A stretch of DNA of 32,000 nucleotides, from positions 304,136 through 336,135 of the forward strand of contig JAGTJX010000002.1 in assembly GCA_023657465.1 (NCBI GenBank). The letters are read 5' to 3'. The DNA is from Lysobacteraceae bacterium (lineage in GTDB: Bacteria; Bdellovibrionota; UBA1018; JAGTJX01). The notes below the pieces were generated by a model. That model worked only from the letters and a program-made list of their open reading frames with translations. It ran no database searches and was not told the DNA's origin. Of this stretch, positions 18,435 through 26,532 are shown one piece after another. The position numbers were made by a program, and so were the translations under genes. Position 1 is the stretch's first letter. Every line of letters starts with the position of its first letter.

Positions 18435-18853
18435 TTAAGGAAGGGATTTTATATCCGAATGTCTCACGCATTCCCGCACAAGGGGATAGTGCGGCTTCAG
18501 AAGCAAAATCCGCAAAAGATATTAAACCTGGAGAGTTCGATCGCGCATTAAACGATGCGATCAAATCTCCTTCGAATGAGAACATAGGTCAGATTCGTCC
18601 AGGTGTTAAATTCTCTTCGCATGCTTCACAACGAGTCCAGGAAAGAAAAATCAATGTAGGCCCAGAGCTCATGTCGAAAGTGAATGATGCAATCGATAAA
18701 GCTGCTGCAAAAGGTCTAGAAGAGTCTTTGATTTTGACAGCGAATTCAGCATTCATTGTGAATGTGAAAAATCGAACGATTATCACAGCGATGGACAAAG
18801 AAGGAATGTCTGGGAATGTGTTCACGAATATTGATGGCGCTGTCATCATTTAA
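18431..18853 (+). CDS. Small 'flagellar operon protein' of the family found between flgD and flgE in Firmicute and spirochaete operons (TIGR02530-like, from memory)
   Basis: The core is VKFSSHASQRVQERKINVGPELMSKVNDAIDKAAAKGLEESLILTANSAFIVNVKNRTIITAMD. It forms an ATGA overlap with flgD. Confidence 0.6.
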   Translation: MIKEGILYPNVSRIPAQGDSAASEAKSAKDIKPGEFDRALNDAIKSPSNENIGQIRPGVKFSSHASQRVQERKINVGPELMSKVNDAIDKAAAKGLEESLILTANSAFIVNVKNRTIITAMDKEGMSGNVFTNIDGAVII

Positions 18854-18998
18854 CGTGATTTGAAAAATAGGCGTGAGTGAATAGAGAGTAGGTTGGCCCC
18901 GTTTTTTGGGAAACCTCTTGGCGAGTCCGAATGATTGACGACTTGCCGCACTCATAAAATATGAATGCTAGTTGTAAAGAACCAAGGAGGGTTCTCTT

Positions 18999-20273
18999 AT
19001 GGGTATACTATCGTCAATGCATACTGCACGTTCAGGTCTTCAAACAATGGGAGATGCTTTGGGCGTGTACGGTGATAACATTGCCAACTCACAAACAGTT
19101 GGTTTCAAAGCAAGTCGTCCTGAGTTTTCCGACATCATGGTGAAAAACACCATGAACGGTGGACTCCAAATCGGTCGCGGTGTGAAGTTAGAAGCTGTTA
19201 CGCCTCTGTTCACCCAAGGATCGATTCTTCAGACTGAATCTCCAACAGACTTATCAATCACGGGTGAAGGGATGTTCACCCTCGATGGTCCGGATGGAAG
19301 ATTCTACTCTAGGAACGGATCGCTTCACTTCGATAGAGAAGGAAAGCTCGTCAATGCTGAAGGTTACCGAGTTTTGGGATTTGAAGCAGATGTGGACGGA
19401 CGAATCACTTCTAAGATGCAGCCAATGCAAGTCGCACGAACTGTGATCGATGCTAAGGGAACTCAAGAAGCTAAAATGTTTTTAAACTTAGATAACCGTG
19501 CAGATCCTACAATAGTATTTGATCCAAAACGACCTGATGCAACTTCACACTTTGCAACAGGAGTTCAAGTGATCGACTCTGCAGGTGCTCCACACATTCT
19601 CAGTATGTATTTCAATCGTAGTGAAAGTGGAGATTGGACTTGGAGAGCGATGGCAAAGGGCGAAGAAGTAGTCGGTGGTCAGAAGAATACGATGGTAGAA
19701 CAAGCATCCGGTAAGCTGATCTTTGATAAAGATGGTCGTTTGCTCGAGCAAGTCACAGACAATAACTCCTTCAACTTCAAAGGTGGAGCTCAACCTGATT
19801 ACAATATCAAGTTCAACTTCGGAAAAGATAAGAAGAGTGGTGGAGATGGATTAGAAGTCACTCAGTATGGTTCTGACTCGGAGGCATACAAGACGGTTGC
19901 TGATGGTTACAAGGTGGGAACGCTAACGGGTCTTTCATTCAATGAAGACGGCGTGCTTGAAGCTCAATACACCAATGGCGAATCCGTTAAAGTTGCTCAG
20001 ATTGCTCTTGCAAAATTCGATGCACCTGAGTTCCTCCTCAAAGTCGGCCAGAACCGTTTCCGTGAAACACGGAACTCAGGTCAGCCGACAATTGGTGGAC
20101 CACGCCAAGCGGGTCGTGGAGCAGTGGCATCTAAGTCTCTCGAGACTTCGACAACAGACATTGCGAACGAGTTCATTAATCTTATGAACACTGAGCGCAG
20201 TTTCCAAGCGAACTCAAGAGTCATTAGTACTGCGGACGAGATGATGCAGGAAATTCTGAACCTCAAGAAGTAA
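18999..20273 (+). CDS. flgE: Flagellar hook protein FlgE
   Basis: The N-terminus is SGLQTMGDALGVYGDNIANSQTVGFK. The C-terminus is DIANEFINLMNTERSFQANSRVISTADEMMQEILNLK. An AAGGAGGG RBS is present. Confidence 0.94.
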   Translation: MGILSSMHTARSGLQTMGDALGVYGDNIANSQTVGFKASRPEFSDIMVKNTMNGGLQIGRGVKLEAVTPLFTQGSILQTESPTDLSITGEGMFTLDGPDGRFYSRNGSLHFDREGKLVNAEGYRVLGFEADVDGRITSKMQPMQVARTVIDAKGTQEAKMFLNLDNRADPTIVFDPKRPDATSHFATGVQVIDSAGAPHILSMYFNRSESGDWTWRAMAKGEEVVGGQKNTMVEQASGKLIFDKDGRLLEQVTDNNSFNFKGGAQPDYNIKFNFGKDKKSGGDGLEVTQYGSDSEAYKTVADGYKVGTLTGLSFNEDGVLEAQYTNGESVKVAQIALAKFDAPEFLLKVGQNRFRETRNSGQPTIGGPRQAGRGAVASKSLETSTTDIANEFINLMNTERSFQANSRVISTADEMMQEILNLKK

Positions 20274-20317
20274 ATCACACTGTGATTTAGATTAAGTAGC
20301 ATTTGAGACTCAGATTT

Positions 20318-20362
20318 TGGTCTGCGCCGACAAATAGTTGGCGCAGGCTACAGTCATTTTTT
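20318..20362 (+). terminator. GC-rich stem-loop after flgE (core CTGCGCC/GGCGCAG) with a displaced T6 run, a possible attenuator or partial terminator
   Basis: The perfect 7-bp core pairs 20322-28 with 20340-46 and can be extended with G-U and A-U pairs. The T6 run at 20357-62 lies 6 nt after the stem, so this is not a canonical intrinsic terminator. Confidence 0.3.
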
Positions 20363-20418
20363 GCCCACTTGCGACATGCGCTTCAACCAGGCAAAATATT
20401 TCTTGGAGGAACGTGTCG

Positions 20419-21039
20419 ATGTCAGATAAGCCAGCAGAAGCACCGAAAGCACCAGAAGCAGAAGTTGCTCCTAGTAGTGGTGATGGAAACAAAATGGTGA
20501 TGATTCTGACTCTAGTCAATCTAGTAGTTACGATGGTGATTGCTGGAATTGTTTTTATTTCCTTCAAAAAAGACAACACTCAACCTAGATCGACAGATAT
20601 TCTTGCTGAAGAAGAACATGGATCGAGCGAAGGTGAAAAAGCAGCGGGTGGGCACGGAGCTCCTGCTACCAGTGGACACGGCGGTGGCGGTGGACATGGC
20701 GAAGAGAAATCTGCTTCATCGAAGAAATCAGGAAAGATCGTCACTCTTGAACAATTTACAGTGAATCTTGCTACATCCGGAAGCATCACTCCTAAGTATG
20801 CACGAGTGAATATTTCAATCGAAGTTGGATCAGACGATGTGGATTCAGAAATTTCACAAAAACTTCCTCAAGTCAGAAACACTGTCATCGATCTTTTTAA
20901 CAGTAAGCGTCCTTCAGATTTAGGTAGTGTCGATGGAAGAAACTATTTGAAAGATGAAATTAGAAATTCAATTAATAGTTTTCTAGTCAGTGGAAAAATT
21001 AAAAATGTTTTTTTTACTAATTTTTCAATCAGTGGATAG
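20419..21039 (+). CDS. fliL: Flagellar basal body-associated protein FliL
   Basis: The ATG at 20419 lies 8 nt after GGAGGA. It has a single TM helix (MVMILTLVNLVVTMVIAGIVFISF) and the FliL core TLEQFTVNLA...ARVNISIEV...LPQVRNTVIDLF. The track start at 20338 is upstream, non-ATG, and lacks an RBS. Confidence 0.88.
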   Translation: MSDKPAEAPKAPEAEVAPSSGDGNKMVMILTLVNLVVTMVIAGIVFISFKKDNTQPRSTDILAEEEHGSSEGEKAAGGHGAPATSGHGGGGGHGEEKSASSKKSGKIVTLEQFTVNLATSGSITPKYARVNISIEVGSDDVDSEISQKLPQVRNTVIDLFNSKRPSDLGSVDGRNYLKDEIRNSINSFLVSGKIKNVFFTNFSISG

Positions 21040-21060
21040 GTCAAACCAGGGAGTAGTAGA

Positions 21061-22086
21061 ATGAATCAAGTATTATCACAATCGGAAGTTGATGCTCTTC
21101 TCAACGCAGTCTCTGATGGCTCGTTTGATGCAAGTGCAGGTGGTACAGCTGCAATGGGCGGCGCTGCTGGTGCGACGGGTGCTGTTGCAGGAGAAGACGC
21201 TGGCCCGGATGTTCAACTTTATGATTTGACCAACCAAGACCGTGTGATTCGTGGTCGAATGCCCACACTCGACATCATTTATGAACGTTTCATTCGTTTG
21301 TTCAGGATGTCACTTTCAAACGCCCTTCGTAAAATTGCATCCATGAGTATCATCTCTACTGACTTGCTCAAGTTCGGTGAATTCGTGAACACACTTCCTA
21401 TTCCGAGTTGTATGAGCATCATGAGATTCGAATCTCTACGCGGACCTGCACTCCTTGTATTTGAATCCAAACTTGCTTACGCACTCGTCGATAGTTTTTT
21501 GGGCGGAACAGATAGACCTTATACCAAAATAGAAGGAAAGGAATTCACTCGAATTGAGCTATCCATCATTCGTAAAGTGATGGATCTTGCTTTGCGAGAC
21601 TTAGAAGAAGCTTGGGCGCCCGTTCACAAGGTAGATGTGGGTTTTGTGCGTATTGAAGTGAATCCACAATTCGTCGGTGTAGTTCCACCTTCTGATGTCA
21701 TTATTACTACCACGTTTGAAGTCGAACTTGAGAATGCAAGCGGTACCATTGTTCTTGTGATTCCTTATTCAACAGTTGAATCCATTAAGAGTAAACTCAA
21801 TTCATCTTATCAAACTGAAAACGATAAACATGACCGCATCTGGGTACAGATGATGGAAGAACATGTGAAAGCGACAAAAGCAGATGTCGTCGTGAATCTA
21901 GGTGAAGCTGCGATTACAGTTTCAGATCTAGTAAACTTATCTGAAGGCGATATCATTCCGCTTTCCAAAAATTCTGATGATGAATTAGAAATCAATGTCG
22001 AAGGCATTGCTAAATATAAATGTTTTTTTGGTGTATCGAGAGGTAACCGAGCGGTTCAGGTTACCCAAATATTGGAAGATGAATAA
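21061..22086 (+). CDS. fliM: Flagellar motor switch protein FliM
   Basis: The N-terminal CheY-P-binding motif LSQSEVDALL is present. The conserved middle domain has ERFIRLFRMSL and SFLGG. Confidence 0.95.
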   Translation: MNQVLSQSEVDALLNAVSDGSFDASAGGTAAMGGAAGATGAVAGEDAGPDVQLYDLTNQDRVIRGRMPTLDIIYERFIRLFRMSLSNALRKIASMSIISTDLLKFGEFVNTLPIPSCMSIMRFESLRGPALLVFESKLAYALVDSFLGGTDRPYTKIEGKEFTRIELSIIRKVMDLALRDLEEAWAPVHKVDVGFVRIEVNPQFVGVVPPSDVIITTTFEVELENASGTIVLVIPYSTVESIKSKLNSSYQTENDKHDRIWVQMMEEHVKATKADVVVNLGEAAITVSDLVNLSEGDIIPLSKNSDDELEINVEGIAKYKCFFGVSRGNRAVQVTQILEDE

Positions 22087-22103
22087 CCCAGGAGGAAGAC
22101 AGG

Positions 22104-22466
22104 ATGTCTAACGGAACAGATTTCGCAGCTGCAGTAGCAGCTCAACAACCAGCAGGAGCTCCAACAGGAGCAGCGACAGGTGGTCAGAAGATTCAAAATT
22201 CTGCCATTCAATCACTTGATTTTATTTTGGATATTCCACTCAAAGTCACTGTTGAATTGGGTCGAACCAAGATGAATATCAGAGATATTCTACAACTCGC
22301 ACAGGGATCTGTCGTAGAGTTATCAAAGTTTGCGGGTGAGCCCCTCGAAGTTTTCGTGAATGAGAAACTCATCGCAAGAGGCGAAGTGGTTGTTGTTAAC
22401 GAAAAGTTCGGGATTCGTCTCACAGATATCATTTCTCCAGTAGAGCGAATTGAACAGTTGAGATAA
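22104..22466 (+). CDS. fliN: Flagellar motor switch protein FliN (short form, not FliY)
   Basis: The SpoA-type C-terminal domain reads LDIPLKVTVELGRTKMNIRDILQLAQGSVVELSKFAGEPLEVFVNEKLIARGEVVVVNEKFGIRLTDI. Confidence 0.95.
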   Translation: MSNGTDFAAAVAAQQPAGAPTGAATGGQKIQNSAIQSLDFILDIPLKVTVELGRTKMNIRDILQLAQGSVVELSKFAGEPLEVFVNEKLIARGEVVVVNEKFGIRLTDIISPVERIEQLR

Positions 22467-22490
22467 TAGGTCGAATGCGTTGTCGCCAGG

Positions 22491-23525
22491 ATGGCGGAGG
22501 ACAATCTTAGGATGAGAATTTCAATCGGAAGTTGCTTACTATTACTAGGTTTGACTAATTCTAGCTTTGCCGGTCAAGTTTTGAAAAATGTTCAAATCTT
22601 GGGTCCAGGAAAAGTGGAGCTTCAATTTGATGAGCCAGTACAAGTCAATCAATTGAAAACTGAATATGTTCGCGACATCATTCAAGTCAATTTGAATAAT
22701 GTCGTCGTTTATCCAGCTAAGATCCTCACTCAAGCAGGAAGTGAAGTTTCTAAAGTCTTCGCTTATCAATACACACCGAAGCAAGTGAGATGTCGTCTCT
22801 CAGTAAGAGGAGAGGCGGAAAAGTATAAGAACCACTTCAAGTTCAAGATCTCTGGAAAGTCTGTTTTTCTAACATTGAATAGTTTAGGTAACAAAGAAGA
22901 CAAAATCACTCTGACTCAATCTGCGCCTCAAGCTGCAAAAGGCGAAATGAGTAATGTGAGTCAGTCACTCCTGAGTAAGATTTTAAAATCAGATACTCCT
23001 TCTGCAGAAGCGGCTCCAAATATTCAAACAAAAACGATTGATCCTCCAAAAAATACGATGGATCCAATTAAGTACGCGAAGCCACTTCCATCACCTTTCA
23101 AATCTTTTGCATGGTTAGGGGTAATCATACTCGTACTACTGGGTGTTCTTACCGCTGTGAAGCGAGTGAAGAACAAGGGAATGCCTTCTTCCTTCTTAAA
23201 GATGACTAGAATTAAGTTTGGCGCTAAACCGCAAATGATCGAAATGGTCGCAAATCAGTATTTAGGACCTAAGAAAAGTATTTCAATTGTGAGAGTGAGT
23301 GGCCGACTTCTTGTTCTTGGTGTAGCTGAAGACTCGATCAGTCTCATCACAGAGCTTGGCTCAGAAGATGAAATTGATTCAATGCTGGATCAAGCAGAGA
23401 TTGTGGCAGCTCCCAAGGCCGTTAAAGCCGCCGCTCCTTCTATACAGAAAGTAGCTTCATCCGCTCCTACTACCAGTTTTCGTGAAGAGATCCGCAAGCG
23501 CATGGAAGGAATGAAAACTCTCTAA
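22491..23525 (+). CDS. fliO: FliO-like export-gate assembly protein with a large extra N-terminal periplasmic domain
   Basis: It has a signal-like N-terminus (ISIGSCLLLLGLTNSSFAG), then a beta-rich domain of about 110 aa, a linker, a TM helix (FAWLGVIILVLLGVLTAV), and a FliO core (MVANQYLGPKKSISIVRVSGRLLVLGVAEDSISLITEL). It lies immediately upstream of fliP. An alternative start is the ATG at 22512, after GGAGG. Confidence 0.75.
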   Translation: MAEDNLRMRISIGSCLLLLGLTNSSFAGQVLKNVQILGPGKVELQFDEPVQVNQLKTEYVRDIIQVNLNNVVVYPAKILTQAGSEVSKVFAYQYTPKQVRCRLSVRGEAEKYKNHFKFKISGKSVFLTLNSLGNKEDKITLTQSAPQAAKGEMSNVSQSLLSKILKSDTPSAEAAPNIQTKTIDPPKNTMDPIKYAKPLPSPFKSFAWLGVIILVLLGVLTAVKRVKNKGMPSSFLKMTRIKFGAKPQMIEMVANQYLGPKKSISIVRVSGRLLVLGVAEDSISLITELGSEDEIDSMLDQAEIVAAPKAVKAAAPSIQKVASSAPTTSFREEIRKRMEGMKTL

Positions 23526-24304
23526 TGAAAAAACAAGCACTCACACTTTTGACCGCGATTTTCGGAGTGCTACTTGTAGCAGGTTCTGCTATGGCTGCAG
23601 ACGGTTATGTTCCAGGTACATCTGGAATTTCTCTCCCGAGCTTGAGTCTTTCTTTTCCGAATTCATCCAAACCTGCTGATGTAGTATCAGTGATCCGCAT
23701 TGTGATGATGCTCACAGTGCTCTCACTTGCTCCTGCGATTCTGATCATGATGACTTCGTTCACAAGGATCATTGTAGTGCTGAGTTTTTTAAGACAGAGT
23801 TTGGGAACCCAGCAACTTCCACCCAACCAACTTTTAGTCGGTCTTGCTCTTTTTCTTACATTCTTCGTCATGGCTCCGACCTGGAAGGAAGTCTCAACGA
23901 ATGCTCTTGAGCCTTACATGAATGAACAACTCGATCAGAAGACAGCACTCGAACGTGCTGAGAAACCGATGCGTGAATTCATGTTTTCTCAGACACGTGA
24001 GAAAGATTTAGAATTATTCCTCTCACTTTCAAAGTCTGAAAAACCTAAGAACAAATCAGAAGTCGCTACTTACATCTTGATTCCTGCATTCATGATCAGT
24101 GAGCTCAAGACTGCGTTTCAGATTGGTTTCATGCTTTATTTGCCATTCTTGGTTTTGGATATCGTTGTATCGAGTGTTCTCATGGCCATGGGGATGATGA
24201 TGTTGCCTCCGATGATGATTTCGTTTCCATTTAAGCTGCTACTTTTCGTTCTCGTTGATGGCTGGCAGCTCATCGTCGGAAGTTTAATTAGAAGTTTCGG
24301 TTAA
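23525..24304 (+). CDS. fliP: Flagellar type III export gate protein FliP
   Basis: It has a signal peptide plus the conserved MMTSFTRIIVVLSFLRQSLGTQQLPPNQ and FMISELKTAFQIGF motifs. Confidence 0.96.
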   Translation: MKKQALTLLTAIFGVLLVAGSAMAADGYVPGTSGISLPSLSLSFPNSSKPADVVSVIRIVMMLTVLSLAPAILIMMTSFTRIIVVLSFLRQSLGTQQLPPNQLLVGLALFLTFFVMAPTWKEVSTNALEPYMNEQLDQKTALERAEKPMREFMFSQTREKDLELFLSLSKSEKPKNKSEVATYILIPAFMISELKTAFQIGFMLYLPFLVLDIVVSSVLMAMGMMMLPPMMISFPFKLLLFVLVDGWQLIVGSLIRSFG

Positions 24305-24326
24305 GTTACAAAGAGGGGTGTGAGTC

Positions 24327-24596
24327 ATGACAGATGATATGGTGATTGCTATCGGAGCTGAAGCAATTAAAACTACAATCTATCTTGCTGGCCCTATGCT
24401 ACTTGCCACTTTGATCGTGGGTTTAGTGGTGAGTATTTTTCAAGCTGTGACTCAGATCAACGAAGCCACGCTTACATTTATTCCTAAGATGCTTGCAGTT
24501 GTCGCTGTGCTTGCAGTGATGTCTCCTTGGATGCTTCAAATCTTAAGCCAATATGCAACTGTCATATTAGGTGGAGCCCATGACTGGATTAGGTAA
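24327..24596 (+). CDS. fliQ: Flagellar type III export gate protein FliQ
   Basis: It is 89 aa with two TM helices and reads VSIFQAVTQINEATLTFIPKMLAV. Confidence 0.95.
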   Translation: MTDDMVIAIGAEAIKTTIYLAGPMLLATLIVGLVVSIFQAVTQINEATLTFIPKMLAVVAVLAVMSPWMLQILSQYATVILGGAHDWIR

Positions 24597-25381
24597 TGAA
24601 TGAAGCACTTACTTTTTTCGCAGTACTTGTTCGCTATGGCACTCTCTTCGCGATAGTCCCTATTCTGGGTGATCGTATGATCCCACTTCCTATTAAAATT
24701 TTGAGTTCATTAGCGATTACAGCAGCACTTTATCCAGCCCTTGTGAAAACGGGAAGCATTAATCCTGAAGCGGCTACAATCTGGGGCTCTACCACTTCAA
24801 CTATCATTTACACGATCGCACTTGAGACGATCTTTGGACTTGCTCTAGGATATTGCTCAAAACTTGTTTTTGATGGTGTTCAATTCGGTGCAAACATCAC
24901 CGGTAACTTAATGGGATTCGCATCAGCAAGTCAGTATGATCCACATCAAGAAACTCAAACAGAAATCATAGCACATCTTCAGATGACTCTTGCGATGCTC
25001 CTCTTCCTGGTCATGGATGGACACCATTTGTTTTTAAGAGCGGCGATGGATAGCTACAAAATTGTAGGAATTGGTTCAATGAACATGGGAGGAATGTTTT
25101 CCAAACAACTCATTCAGATGACCGGCGATACGTTCATTCTTGGGATGCAACTAGCAGCTCCTGTTTCTGTTTCGCTCTTCTTAGTGAACGTGCTTTACGG
25201 AGTGATGGCTAAGAATATGCCTCAAATGAATATCTTAGTTCTTTCGTTCTCAATCAGCGCGCTTCTAGGTTTTATTATTTTACTTCTCACCATGCCTGAG
25301 TTCGCAGCAGTGGTGACTGAGAATTTTGGAATGATTTATAATAAGTTAGTCAGGGTCATGACGGTGATGCATGGCCAGTGA
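24596..25381 (+). CDS. fliR: Flagellar type III export gate protein FliR
   Basis: It is a 261-aa polytopic membrane protein located between fliQ and flhB. It overlaps the fliQ stop by 1 nt (TAATG). Confidence 0.92.
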   Translation: MNEALTFFAVLVRYGTLFAIVPILGDRMIPLPIKILSSLAITAALYPALVKTGSINPEAATIWGSTTSTIIYTIALETIFGLALGYCSKLVFDGVQFGANITGNLMGFASASQYDPHQETQTEIIAHLQMTLAMLLFLVMDGHHLFLRAAMDSYKIVGIGSMNMGGMFSKQLIQMTGDTFILGMQLAAPVSVSLFLVNVLYGVMAKNMPQMNILVLSFSISALLGFIILLLTMPEFAAVVTENFGMIYNKLVRVMTVMHGQ

Positions 25382-26471
25382 AGGTAACGGCGGTGGAAAC
25401 GAACGCGACACAGAAGACTTATCAGACGAAGCCTCGACCCATCGGTTACAAGAATTAAGATCTCAAGGTAAAGTATTTCAAAGTAGAGAGCTCACAGGTT
25501 TCATTGTTCTCCTTGCTACGTTTGTTGCGCTTTTTGCAGTGATCAATAGTGTAGGGGGTCAGTATGTTGAGTTTCTCAAAGAAATACTAAGATTCGATGG
25601 AGTTTCTAAGGAATCTCTCACTGGAAACACTCTCCTCACTACAAAAATTTTAGCCGCTGGCAAGCTCTTCATGGTGATTGGCTTTCCAGTTGTCCTGACT
25701 GGTTTTGTGTTTAGTATCTTAGGCAGTGTACTGCAAACGGGTTGGGTGTTTTCGTGGGATCCAGTCCAGTTTGATTGGTCTAAAATCGATCCTATTCAAG
25801 GGTTTCAAAAACTGTTTTCGATGAGGCAATTCTTCGAAGGCATTCGAGTAGTTTTTAAGATCTTCACTTTGCTTGCTATTGGCTATGCAGTCATTAAACC
25901 AGAAGTTTTCTCAGCTTCCAAACACATGCTCATTGATGTCACAGGAATTGCTCCCGCTTACATTTCCGGTGCAAAGTCTGTTTTTTATTCTCTCACACTA
26001 GCACTTCTCGTCTTTGCAGGATTTGATTATTGGCTGCAACGTAATGAATATATGAAAGGTGTGAGGCTCACCAAGCAAGAAGCCAAACAAGAGCAGAAAG
26101 AGCATGAAGGGGATCCTCTTGTTAAAGCTCGTGTCCGTACGATTCAGAAGGATATGGCCCGAAAACGTATGATGCAAGCTGTAAAGAAGGCTAATGTCAT
26201 CATCACCAACCCGACTCACATAGCGATTGCGATCATCTACGAAAGAGACAAAATGTTGGCACCTAAGGTGATTGCAAAAGGAGCGGACTTCCTCGCTCAA
26301 AGAATCAAAAAAGTGGCGGCTGATGCAGGAATCCCTATGGTTGAGAATGTGCCATTGGCCCGTACATTGTTCAAATCCGTTAAGATTGGTCAGTATGTTC
26401 CTAAGAACCTTTATCAAGCCGTCGCTGAAGTATTGGCGTACGTTTACAAACTCAAAAATCATAAGTTTTAG
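25371..26471 (+). CDS. flhB: Flagellar export switch protein FlhB
   Basis: It has four TM helices. The NPTH autocleavage site is present (VIITNPTHIAIAIIY). The C-terminus is LYQAVAEVLAYVYKL. Confidence 0.95.
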   Translation: MASEGNGGGNERDTEDLSDEASTHRLQELRSQGKVFQSRELTGFIVLLATFVALFAVINSVGGQYVEFLKEILRFDGVSKESLTGNTLLTTKILAAGKLFMVIGFPVVLTGFVFSILGSVLQTGWVFSWDPVQFDWSKIDPIQGFQKLFSMRQFFEGIRVVFKIFTLLAIGYAVIKPEVFSASKHMLIDVTGIAPAYISGAKSVFYSLTLALLVFAGFDYWLQRNEYMKGVRLTKQEAKQEQKEHEGDPLVKARVRTIQKDMARKRMMQAVKKANVIITNPTHIAIAIIYERDKMLAPKVIAKGADFLAQRIKKVAADAGIPMVENVPLARTLFKSVKIGQYVPKNLYQAVAEVLAYVYKLKNHKF

Positions 26472-26532
26472 TTCGCGTTAGTTCGTGGACAAGCTGTTTT
26501 TTTTCCAGCAAAATTATTAGAGAGGGCTATGG

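Noticed and set aside
18935-18960. TTGACG ... TAAAAT sigma-70-like boxes upstream of flgE
   Set aside because: The spacer is only 14 bp, outside the functional 16-19 bp range. The motif is mentioned in the flgE spacer finding but is not called as a promoter.
20303-20500. A 65-aa alternative-frame ORF, and the extended fliL start at 20338 given by the ORF track
   Set aside because: Both use non-ATG starts without an RBS and cover the hairpin-containing spacer. The ATG at 20419 has a GGAGGA RBS and gives a normal FliL N-terminus.
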